63,103 bases of DNA, from assembly GCA_963613145.1 (NCBI GenBank), contig CAVDXW010000001.1, forward strand, positions 1-63,103, written 5' to 3'. Origin of the DNA: Bacteroidaceae bacterium (GTDB taxonomy: Bacteria; Bacillota; Clostridia; Oscillospirales; Oscillospiraceae). This document shows, piece after piece, positions 55,052 to 63,103 of this stretch (position 1 is its first letter; each line of letters starts with the position of its first letter). Made by a program: the position numbers and the translations under genes. Below the pieces are notes generated by a model. It searched no databases. It was not told the origin of the DNA and saw nothing but the letters and a program-made list of their open reading frames with translations.

Positions 55052-56292
55052 CAGAAGTCATCTCTGTCCGTTTTCGCAACGGATGCAAGGAATACTACTT
55101 CGACCCACGGGGCATCACCGTTCCGACGGACGCGGATGTGATCGTGGAGACGGCGCAGGGCGCGGAGCTTGCGCACTGTATCGCCGGAAATCATCAGGTG
55201 GAGGACGGCACGGTGATCAACCCCCTGCGGGGCGTGATCCGTCTCGCCACCGACAACGACCGCCACACCGCCGCCTACAACCGTGGGCGGGAGAAGGAGG
55301 CGTTCGAGATATGCAAAAGGAAGATCGTCCAGCACAAGCTGGAGATGAAGCTCGTGCGGGTGGAGTGCAGCTTTGACGGAAGCAAGATACTGTTCTTCTT
55401 CACCGCCGACGGGCGCGTGGACTTCCGCGAGCTGGTGAAGGATCTGGCGGGCGTGTTCCGCGCCCGTATCGAGCTGCGGCAGATCGGTGTGCGGGACGAG
55501 GCCAAGATGATCGGCGGACTGGGTATCTGCGGCAGGCCGTTCTGCTGCGAGCAGTTCATGGACGAGTTCCTGCCCGTGTCCATCAAGATGGCCAAGACGC
55601 AGAGCCTCAGCCTGAACCCCACGAAGATCTCCGGCACCTGCGGGCGGCTGATGTGCTGCCTGAAGTACGAGCAGGACGCCTACGAGGATGCCATCAAGCG
55701 TCTGCCCAAGAACGACTCCTTCGTCCTGACGCCGGACGGCACGGGCAATGTCAGCGACATCAATGTGCTCAAGGAGACGGTGAGCGTCAAGCTGGACGAC
55801 CGCCCCGAGGGGGCGCGGTGCTACCACAACTGCGAGGTCTGCGTCCTGCGCAGCGGCAAGGGCAGTCGTGACGGCATCGTTGTTCCCGACAAGCGCCCCG
55901 AGCGGTATGTGGAGCCGCTGGCGGAGGAGGAAATGCCCACCATCACGCTGCTCAGCGATTTTAACCCCGATAGTGCCGACACCGAGCGCGGTGAGCGTCG
56001 CCGCCGCAGCCGCGGCGGGCGAAGCCGCCGGGGCCGCGAGGGCGGTGCGCAGGAAAAGCAGCCCGTGCGGGCGGACAAGCCTGCCGAGGGCGAAAAGCCC
56101 CGCCGCGAAAACGGCAATCGGCGCAGAGGCGCACGGCGCGGCAGCGCAGCCGCCGACAACACCTTTAAGCCCGCGCCCGCACCCAAGCCGGCAGGGGAGG
56201 GGAAGCCCTCCGGCGGCGGCAAAAATCGCGGCCGCTACCGCCGTCCCCGCAGAAACGGCGGCGGCAAGCCCAACGGCGGAGCGGAGGCGTAG
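55048..56292 (+). CDS. yaaT: PSP1-domain protein YaaT/RicT with long R/G-rich disordered tail
   Basis: GRVDFRELVK, GICGRPFCC, KISGTCGRLMCCLKYE. Confidence 0.92.
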   Translation: MTEVISVRFRNGCKEYYFDPRGITVPTDADVIVETAQGAELAHCIAGNHQVEDGTVINPLRGVIRLATDNDRHTAAYNRGREKEAFEICKRKIVQHKLEMKLVRVECSFDGSKILFFFTADGRVDFRELVKDLAGVFRARIELRQIGVRDEAKMIGGLGICGRPFCCEQFMDEFLPVSIKMAKTQSLSLNPTKISGTCGRLMCCLKYEQDAYEDAIKRLPKNDSFVLTPDGTGNVSDINVLKETVSVKLDDRPEGARCYHNCEVCVLRSGKGSRDGIVVPDKRPERYVEPLAEEEMPTITLLSDFNPDSADTERGERRRRSRGGRSRRGREGGAQEKQPVRADKPAEGEKPRRENGNRRRGARRGSAAADNTFKPAPAPKPAGEGKPSGGGKNRGRYRRPRRNGGGKPNGGAEA

Positions 56293-56295
56293 GAC

Positions 56296-57141
56296 ATGGG
56301 CAAATTCGACGGTCTGCTGCTGGTCAGCGACTTTGACAACACACTGGTGTACACCGAGGAGGCTCTCCAGAGGTGTGTGGACATGCCGTCCGTCTCGCCG
56401 GAAAATCGGGCGGCGTTGGAGCACTTCATGGCCGAGGGCGGCATATTCTCCGTCGCCACGGGGCGCGCCAAGCCCGCGTTCGAGACGGTGGTGGACGACA
56501 TCCCCATGAACGGTCCCTCGGTGCTGTTCAACGGCGCGGCCATCTATGACTTCGCGCAGCGGAAATACCTCGCCACGGCGTTCCTGCCGGAGACGGCGCG
56601 GGCGCATATCGCGCAGGTCGTCACCGACCTGCCCTGCGTGGCGGCGGAGCTGTACCACGATGACAACACCATCCACGCGCTCAACGCCAACGATGTGACG
56701 CGGCGGCACATGCACATCACCCACGCCCCGTCGATCCATGTCACCTCCATCGAGCAGGTGCCCTCGCCCATCAGCAAGGCTCTTTTCTCCACGGAGGAGG
56801 AAAATCTGCCCGAGCTGCTGGCCTATCTGCAAGCGCAGCCGTGGTATCACGACTACGAGGTCGTGTCCAGCGCGGTGACGCTGGTGGAGCTGACGGCCAA
56901 GGGCGCGAACAAGGGCGGCATGGTGCGCCGTCTGGCCGCGCTGCTGGGCATCGAGCAGAAAAATGTCTTCTGCGTGGGCGACCACGGCAACGACATCAGT
57001 ATGCTCACATGGGCAGGGGAGGGCTATGCGCCCGCCAACGCCATCCCCGCCGTGCTGCACACCCCCGGCGTACATCACCTGCCCGACTGCCGCGACAACG
57101 CCGTCGCCGCACTGATAGGGCAATTGGACGAGCGATTTTGA
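56296..57141 (+). CDS. Cof-type HAD-IIB hydrolase
   Basis: SDFDNTL, ATGR, NKG, GDHGNDISML. Confidence 0.9.
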   Translation: MGKFDGLLLVSDFDNTLVYTEEALQRCVDMPSVSPENRAALEHFMAEGGIFSVATGRAKPAFETVVDDIPMNGPSVLFNGAAIYDFAQRKYLATAFLPETARAHIAQVVTDLPCVAAELYHDDNTIHALNANDVTRRHMHITHAPSIHVTSIEQVPSPISKALFSTEEENLPELLAYLQAQPWYHDYEVVSSAVTLVELTAKGANKGGMVRRLAALLGIEQKNVFCVGDHGNDISMLTWAGEGYAPANAIPAVLHTPGVHHLPDCRDNAVAALIGQLDERF

Positions 57142-57154
57142 AATTGGAAATGAA

Positions 57155-57208
57155 GACAGACGGAGATGGCTCCAAGCCCGTAAGGGCTTGGAGCCATCTC
57201 CGTCTGTC
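57155..57208. repeat. perfect 25-bp inverted repeat with GTAA loop between convergent genes
   Basis: GACAGACGGAGATGGCTCCAAGCCC-GTAA-GGGCTTGGAGCCATCTCCGTCTGTC. Confidence 0.9.
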
Positions 57209-57217
57209 GAAAAACTG

Positions 57218-57466
57218 TCATATTCCCTTATACTTGCGGCGGGTGGCAAGGCCGCCGCGGATGTGCCGCTGGGATTTGTTATCGTCCAGTATGAGCTTCA
57301 CCTGCGCGTACAGCCCCCTGTCGCACAGGGACAGCCGCTCGGACAGATCCTTGTGGACGGTGGATTTGCTGATGCCGAATTTTTTGGCGGCGGCGCGGAC
57401 GGTCGCACGGTTCTCTATCATGTACAGAGCCAGCTCCCTGGCTCGCTGCTCTAAATCGTCACGAAT
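57218..57466 (-). CDS. spoIIID: sporulation transcription regulator SpoIIID (probable ATT start)
   Basis: TVRAAAKKFGISKSTVHKDLSERL...RHIRGGLATRRKY; homology extends upstream of ATG 57421 to ATT 57466. Confidence 0.92.
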   Translation of the reverse strand: MRDDLEQRARELALYMIENRATVRAAAKKFGISKSTVHKDLSERLSLCDRGLYAQVKLILDDNKSQRHIRGGLATRRKYKGI

Positions 57467-57496
57467 ATGGCACCACTCCCATGCTGTTGTGGTCTA

Positions 57497-57525
57497 ACTA
57501 TATGGTGGGAGGGGACGGAATATGA
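57497..57525 (-). promoter_or_regulatory. sigma-E-type promoter of spoIIID
   Basis: TCATATT-14 bp-CATATAGT; spoIIID is sigma-E dependent in Bacillus subtilis. Confidence 0.7.
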
Positions 57526-57613
57526 ACATTTTGTGAGAAAATATTCTTAGCGGAATATTAACACATGCAGGGGGTATAATTTGTCATCATCCGAAGCGAA
57601 GTGAGGCGATCGT

Positions 57614-58531
57614 ATGGATATTCGTAAGGAGCTGCTGGCGGAGGGCGTGGATGCCGCTCTGCTGGATGAGGTGGAGCATTTCCGCGCCGAGCACGCGGTC
57701 GCGCCGGAGGCGCAGCACCGTGTGCCCGTGCCGAAGTACCTCTACTACGGCAGGGAAATATGGGAGAGTGCCGCCGCCGCGCTGCTGTGCGGGCAGCATG
57801 TGCTGCTGGCAGGCCCCAAGGCGACGGGCAAGAATGTGCTGGCGGAGAATCTGGCAGCTCTGTTTGGCCGTCCCGTGTGGGATGTGTCCATGTATGTGAA
57901 TGTGGACGCCGCCGCCCTCATCGGTGCGGACACGCTGAAGGAGGGACAGGTGGTGTTCCGCGAGGGTCCCATCTGCGCCTGTGCGCGGCTGGGCGGCTTC
58001 GGTGTGCTGGACGAGGTGAACATGGCGAAGAACGAGGCTCTGGCGGTGCTCCATGCCACGCTCGACCACCGGCGCGTCATTGATGTGCCGGGCTATGAGC
58101 GCATCGAGCTGGACAGCGCGGCGCGGTTTATCGGCACGATGAACTACGGCTACGCCGGTACGCGGGAGCTGAACGAGGCGTTGGTCAGCCGCTTTGTGGT
58201 GGTGGACATGCCCGTCATCTCCGATGAAAATCTGCAAAAGCTGCTGCGCCGCACCTTCCCCGCGCTCAAGCAGGAGTGGGCGGTGCAGCTGACGGAGATG
58301 TTCCGCGACCTGCGCACCAAGTGCGACAGCGGCGAGATCTCCACCAAGGCACTCGATCTGCGCGGCCTGCTGGCGTCCCTGCATCTTATCGAAAAGGGCA
58401 TCCCCTCCGGCAGGGCGTTGGAGCTGGGTATCATCAACAAGGCGTTCGAGCCGTTCGAGCGGCAGCTGGTGGCAGACGCGGTGTGGGCGCGGCTGCCCAA
58501 GGATGCCACGGCGGACAAGCTGTTTTCGTGA
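57614..58531 (+). CDS. MoxR-family AAA+ ATPase (CbbQ/NorQ-like)
   Basis: GPKATGKN Walker A, VLDEVN Walker B, GTMNYGYAGTRELNEALVSRF. Confidence 0.88.
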   Translation: MDIRKELLAEGVDAALLDEVEHFRAEHAVAPEAQHRVPVPKYLYYGREIWESAAAALLCGQHVLLAGPKATGKNVLAENLAALFGRPVWDVSMYVNVDAAALIGADTLKEGQVVFREGPICACARLGGFGVLDEVNMAKNEALAVLHATLDHRRVIDVPGYERIELDSAARFIGTMNYGYAGTRELNEALVSRFVVVDMPVISDENLQKLLRRTFPALKQEWAVQLTEMFRDLRTKCDSGEISTKALDLRGLLASLHLIEKGIPSGRALELGIINKAFEPFERQLVADAVWARLPKDATADKLFS

Positions 58532-58532
58532 T

Positions 58533-60221
58533 ATGGACAGAGAGGACAGACAGGCACGACGCGCTGAAAATCAGGTCTGGAACGGCTGGGGCGACTACGC
58601 CCGCCGTCCGGAGCTGGTGAGCTACGATGCGGCGGGCGAGGCGGATCTGTACGCCAACACCGTGCTGGGGCTGGCGTGCCGCTACTACGATTTTGACAGG
58701 TTCAAGCCGCTGCTGAACGAGCTGCACCGCGCAGCGGACGAGGGACTGTACACCACGGTGTTTTTCCTCGTGCTGGAGAGCGCGGTGTTCGCCGTGGGGC
58801 GGCGGGAGCGGCCCGTGCTGGCAGAGCTGCGGCGGGCGTATGCCGCCGCGCTGCTGCGCGATACACCGCTTGCCGAGGGCATGAGCGAACGGGCGGTGCG
58901 CCGCGCATGGGCGCAGACCGCGCTGGGACAGCCGGTGACGGACAGAACCCTCGCCGCGCTGCTGCGCGACATATCCGATGCCGCGAACGACCGCACAGAG
59001 ATGCAGCTTATCCGGCGGACGGAGCAGGTGCTCTACACCTATTGCCACCGCGCACGACGCGCCGCCGACGACCGCCAGTGGGCGGCGTGGGTCGGGCGAA
59101 AGCGCGACAGGAGCGGCGGCGTTCACTTTGTGCAGCCGAACGCTCTGCGGGCACTCAGCCGCAATACGGCAGGTGGAAGCGGCGGCTTGCAGAAGCAGAC
59201 GCTGCTGAGCTTTTTGCAGGGGCGCACCCCCGAGCCGATCCTGCGGCGGTATGTGGAGGACTGCTTCGGCGTGTCCATGCTCACCCCCGGTGAGCTGGAC
59301 GAGGCGGAGCGCACGCTGTGTACGGGCGTGCATAAAAACTGCCGCCTGCACTTTACCAAGGGCGAGCTGCCCAAGCGTCCGCCCTCGCCCGATGCGGCGT
59401 GGGACGCGGAGACCTTCCGCAGGCAGCGGGAGAAAAACAGGGCGTACTATCAGGAGCATTTAGCGGAAAACCGCATGGCCATCGCACGGCTGACGCAGAA
59501 GCTGCGCAACACGCTGCTGTTGCAGCAGGAGGACGAGGGCGATACTGCCCGCGCCGGACGGCTGCGTCCCGCTGCGGCGTGGCGGGCGGCGGTGCTGGAC
59601 GATGAGCGGGTGTTCTCCCGCACTGCGCCGCATGACCCCGACGAGCTGTCGGTCGATATTCTGCTGGACGGCTCGGCCTCGCAGAACCGGCAGCAGGAGA
59701 AGCTGGCGGTGCAGGCGTACCTCATCGCGGAGAGCCTGACGCGCTGCCGCATCCCCGTACGGGTGACGGCGTTCTGCTCGGTCAGCGGATGTACGGTGCT
59801 GCGGGTGCTGCGGGACTACGACAGTCCGCAGCAGAACGAGAGCGTGCTGGACTATGTGGCCGCCGGATGGAATCGGGACGGGCTGGCACTGCGGGCGATG
59901 GGCTGGCTGCTGCGGAAAAAACGCAGCGAGCGGAGCGTGCTGCTGGTGCTGTCCGATGCCAGTCCCAACGACGACCAGCGGATACCCAACGGGCTGGGCG
60001 GCTATGCCTACACCGGCAAGCGCGGCGTGGACGACACCGCGGCCGAGGCGGGACAGCTGCGGCTGCACGGCGTGCAGCCCGTATGCCTGTTCACGGGCAG
60101 TGACCGCGAATCGGCAGACGCACGGCGCATCTACGGTCACGCGGTGGAAAAGCTGCCCTCTGTCGGCTGGTTTGCCGAGGTCGTGACAAAGCTGATTCAA
60201 GGGCAGATACGAAAAACATGA
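58533..60221 (+). CDS. vWA-domain partner protein (NorD/CobT-like)
   Basis: C-terminal MIDAS ILLDGSAS, NRDGLALR, LVLSDASPND. Confidence 0.82.
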   Translation: MDREDRQARRAENQVWNGWGDYARRPELVSYDAAGEADLYANTVLGLACRYYDFDRFKPLLNELHRAADEGLYTTVFFLVLESAVFAVGRRERPVLAELRRAYAAALLRDTPLAEGMSERAVRRAWAQTALGQPVTDRTLAALLRDISDAANDRTEMQLIRRTEQVLYTYCHRARRAADDRQWAAWVGRKRDRSGGVHFVQPNALRALSRNTAGGSGGLQKQTLLSFLQGRTPEPILRRYVEDCFGVSMLTPGELDEAERTLCTGVHKNCRLHFTKGELPKRPPSPDAAWDAETFRRQREKNRAYYQEHLAENRMAIARLTQKLRNTLLLQQEDEGDTARAGRLRPAAAWRAAVLDDERVFSRTAPHDPDELSVDILLDGSASQNRQQEKLAVQAYLIAESLTRCRIPVRVTAFCSVSGCTVLRVLRDYDSPQQNESVLDYVAAGWNRDGLALRAMGWLLRKKRSERSVLLVLSDASPNDDQRIPNGLGGYAYTGKRGVDDTAAEAGQLRLHGVQPVCLFTGSDRESADARRIYGHAVEKLPSVGWFAEVVTKLIQGQIRKT

Positions 60222-60340
60222 AGCGGCGGGGTGAGGACACCCTGCCCTGCGAACGCTTACCGTCAAACCATGCTTAGGGCGGGACTGCGGCGCAAAAAAG
60301 AAAGCCCCATGGGGCTTTCTTTTTTTTGCTCTTTTTTCTG

Positions 60341-61243
60341 TTATCTCGGCTGTGCGCGGTCGTAGGAGACAACGACGCGGCGGTTTGGCTCCGTGCCGAC
60401 GGAGTAGGTGGTGACACCGGGGACATCCTGCAATGCGGCGTGGATAACATGCCGCTCGTAGGCGTTCATCGGCTCCAGCGTGACGCTGCGGCGATACCGC
60501 TGCACCTTGGAGGCCACCTTGCGGGCAAGGCTCTCTAGGCTCTGCTCGCGGCGGACACGGTAGTTCTCGGCATCCATCTGGACGCGGATGCGCTTGTCAC
60601 TGCCGCTGTTGACGGTGTAGTTCGTCAGCTGCTGGATGGCATCCAGCGTCTCGCCGCGCCGTCCGATGAGCTGACCCAGATGCTCACCGGCGAGAATGAC
60701 CTTGTAGCGGCCCTTTTCGACCTCATAGACACGCACCTCGGCGGCACTGTCCATGTGCTCCAGCAGGCCGGAAACGAAGGCGGTTATGCGCTTGGCGTTG
60801 TCGTCCTCACACAGCGGGAGGTCGATTTCCGGCGCGGCGGGCTGGGGACGCTCGCGCCGCTCCTGACGGGGACGGTCGGCGCGGTCACTGTGGTCATTGC
60901 GGTCGCTGCGCTCGGTGCGCTGCGGACGGTCGGCGCGCTCCTGACGGGGACGCTCCTGACGCGGCGCGGGCTGCTCACGCTTGACGGGCGCGGGCTTGAC
61001 GGCGGGCTTTTCCTCGGCAGGCTTTTCGGGGATGATCTTCGCCTCGGCGGGCACGGTCATGTCGGCATCGTCGGGGCCGTAGGTGATACGGATACGGGCG
61101 GGGGCAGCACCGATGCCCAAAAATCCGCTCTTTGCGCGTTCGAGGATGGACACGGACACATCGTCGCGCTCCATGCCGAGCTGCTCAAGCCCCTTGCGCA
61201 GAGCCTCCTCCTCAGTCTTGCCCGTTACATCGATATAACTCAT
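60341..61243 (-). CDS. jag: RNA-binding protein Jag/EloR (KhpB)
   Basis: Jag_N, KH (LIGRRGETLDAIQ), R3H (PMNAYERHVIH). Confidence 0.95.
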   Translation of the reverse strand: MSYIDVTGKTEEEALRKGLEQLGMERDDVSVSILERAKSGFLGIGAAPARIRITYGPDDADMTVPAEAKIIPEKPAEEKPAVKPAPVKREQPAPRQERPRQERADRPQRTERSDRNDHSDRADRPRQERRERPQPAAPEIDLPLCEDDNAKRITAFVSGLLEHMDSAAEVRVYEVEKGRYKVILAGEHLGQLIGRRGETLDAIQQLTNYTVNSGSDKRIRVQMDAENYRVRREQSLESLARKVASKVQRYRRSVTLEPMNAYERHVIHAALQDVPGVTTYSVGTEPNRRVVVSYDRAQPR

Positions 61244-61255
61244 AGACAAAACTCC

Positions 61256-62365
61256 TTATTCATCGTCATCGTTGTAGTGATCCTCACGGTAGGCGCGGCC
61301 TCTGGCGTAGGGGCGGCCGCCCACCTTGCCGGCCTCTGTGGTGCCATCGCTGTGGCTGCCGGACTTTTTCTTCTTTTGCTGGGGCTGGGACTTCTTGCCG
61401 GTGCCCTTGGCCTCCTCCAGCTGGCGGTTATACTTCTCGCGGGCGGCCTGCACCTTGGCGTAGCGCGCCTCGCGCTTCTGCCGCTCCTTGTCGCTCTCCT
61501 CGCGGTCGAGAATGGCGTTGAACTTCTTGTTCAGCAGCAGCTCCTGCAAGCAGGAGAAGCCGGCGTTGGCAATCCAGTAGACGCACAGAGCGGCGGGGAG
61601 AACATAGCCCATCCACACCGTCATCAGCGGCATCATGTAGATCATCGCCTTGGACGCGCCGTTGGCATTGTTGCTGCCGTTGGACTTCATGGAGATGGCC
61701 GTCATCAGGTATTGCAGGGCGGCGGAGATCAGCGGCAGGATCATGATGCCGATGACCGGCCAGCCGCCGGAGGGGAACTGGCTGAACAAATCACTGCCCA
61801 CGGCGGACAGATCCATGCCGAGGAAGTTGTAGTCGAGGTTGATCAGACCGTCGAACTTGCCCTCGAAGCTGCTCCAGTTGTCGTGGATAAACTTGGCCAG
61901 ATAGATCTGGTCATACGCCGCAGCCTGTCCCTCCGCGCCGGAGACATAGCCCAGCGATGCCGCCAGCTCGGAAATCTCGGTGATGACCTCGTTGGACAGG
62001 GACATGAAGTAGCGCAGAGGGGTGCGGATGATGTAGTACAGGGCGATCAGAATGGGGAAGGGCAGGAACGACCACAGACAGCCGGACATGGGGTTTACAC
62101 CCTCGCGGGCGTAGAGGTCGGCGATCTCCTGCTGCTGCCTTTCCTTGTTGTTGGCGTATTTCTTCTGTATCTCCTGCACCTTGCTGTTCATGCGTCCCAT
62201 ACGGAGCATACTTTTCTTGCTCTTGAGCTGGAAGGGCAGAAGCACCAGCTTCACGATGAGCGTGAAGAGGATCAGCGCAACGCCGTAGGAGCCTGTCCAT
62301 GTATAGAACAGGCGGGTGAGCCACGCAAACGGCACACAGATTAAGTAGCCGAGCTGTGCAAACAT
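61256..62365 (-). CDS. yidC: membrane protein insertase YidC/SpoIIIJ
   Basis: YGVALILFT, GVNPMSGC, AALCVYW. Confidence 0.93.
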   Translation of the reverse strand: MFAQLGYLICVPFAWLTRLFYTWTGSYGVALILFTLIVKLVLLPFQLKSKKSMLRMGRMNSKVQEIQKKYANNKERQQQEIADLYAREGVNPMSGCLWSFLPFPILIALYYIIRTPLRYFMSLSNEVITEISELAASLGYVSGAEGQAAAYDQIYLAKFIHDNWSSFEGKFDGLINLDYNFLGMDLSAVGSDLFSQFPSGGWPVIGIMILPLISAALQYLMTAISMKSNGSNNANGASKAMIYMMPLMTVWMGYVLPAALCVYWIANAGFSCLQELLLNKKFNAILDREESDKERQKREARYAKVQAAREKYNRQLEEAKGTGKKSQPQQKKKKSGSHSDGTTEAGKVGGRPYARGRAYREDHYNDDDE

Positions 62366-62406
62366 AGGCTTAATTTCCTCCGTTCGATTTTGAGGGTTGC
62401 GGGGAT

Positions 62407-62625
62407 TCAGGGCACCGGATCATACCAGCCGCCCCTGTGACGGTGGAAGGGATGACACCGCAGCAGACGCTTGCAGGCCAGATAGCTGCCCTTGGCCGCA
62501 CCGTACTTCTCAATCGCCTCAAGTGCGTATTGGGAGCAGGTGGGGATATAGCGGCAGCGCGGCGGAAAAAGCGGGGATATGGCGCGCCGATAGAAGCATA
62601 TCAGGCGGAGAAGAAGTCGTTTCAT
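62407..62625 (-). CDS. yidD: membrane protein insertion efficiency factor
   Basis: [10 protein letters not shown]...RLLRCHPF...YDPVP. Confidence 0.95.
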   Translation of the reverse strand: MKRLLLRLICFYRRAISPLFPPRCRYIPTCSQYALEAIEKYGAAKGSYLACKRLLRCHPFHRHRGGWYDPVP

Positions 62626-62966
62626 GCTTCCTCCCGCAGCAGTCCCAGCTCCGCAAGGCAGGTGAGATACTGCTTTTCCAGCCTGCGGTACGGCAGCTCG
62701 GCGGCGCGGACACGCGCTACCATAATAATGTCCCAGCCGCTTTTCATCTCCACCCTGTGCAGGCGGTATATCTCGCGGAAGCGGCGGCGGACACGGTTGC
62801 GCACCACGGCGTGACCGAGCTTGGTGGAGACGGTGACTCCCAGACGGCTCATCCCCTGCCTGTTTTTCAGGCAATAGACCACCACGCCGCCGGAGACGGC
62901 CGACCGTCCCCTGCGGTAAATGCGGCGGAAATCGCCGTTTTTCTTCACCGTTACTCTTGCGTCCAT
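62622..62966 (-). CDS. rnpA: ribonuclease P protein component
   Basis: [25 protein letters not shown]. Confidence 0.96.
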   Translation of the reverse strand: MDARVTVKKNGDFRRIYRRGRSAVSGGVVVYCLKNRQGMSRLGVTVSTKLGHAVVRNRVRRRFREIYRLHRVEMKSGWDIIMVARVRAAELPYRRLEKQYLTCLAELGLLREEA

Positions 62967-63073
62967 GTAATTCCTCGTTTTCCTGCTTTGCAGCGCATAT
63001 ACACCGATAGGGACGGGGATAATTTCCTCCGTCCCTTGGGGTATATTCTATGTGCGATGCACCTTCCGTGACC

Positions 63074-63103
63074 TCAATGGGTCAGACGGGCACGACCCTT
63101 GGC
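63074..63103 (-). CDS. rpmH: 50S ribosomal protein L34, 3' end only
   Basis: [13 protein letters not shown] immediately upstream of rnpA. Confidence 0.85.
   Translation of the reverse strand, partial: AKGRARLTH

Noticed and set aside
60840..61030. Short tandem repeats in jag (RQERPRQER...)
   Set aside because: Ordinary low-complexity linker between the Jag_N and KH domains

Overview
GC-rich chromosomal segment of a spore-forming Clostridia bacterium (gene content and style suggest Oscillospiraceae; inference) spanning the replication origin. It holds dnaA-oriC-dnaN-yaaA-recF-remB-gyrB-gyrA (minus strand), a displaced and inverted rpmH-rnpA-yidD-yidC-jag block at the right end, and noc, parAB with three parS sites, rsmG, mreCD-PBP2, minD, four aminoacyl-tRNA synthetases (serS, hisS, aspS, glyS), two T-box leaders, two tRNAs and spoIIID. 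The left edge is a defence island (Type III Mod plus a YhcG/DUF1016 nuclease, truncated). Most large genes are ordinary housekeeping genes; the unusual signals are small and mostly intergenic. (1) A CI/LexA-like autocleaving repressor faces five CAAG-N3-CTTG-type operators spaced 31/31/31/30 bp, and the divergent promoter appears to drive only a ~110-nt RNA with no convincing ORF. (2) A 60-aa protein consists of nothing but a signal peptide fused directly to an SPxTG sortase signal. (3) A glycine T-box apparently has an ultrashort Stem I yet works by termination. (4) A candidate type I toxin-antitoxin locus has matching 5' ends on its two convergent RNAs. (5) A csRNA-like CU-rich sRNA sits behind four 11-bp-phased repeats. 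(6) spoIIID appears to start at ATT. All assignments were made by eye from motifs; no database searches were run.
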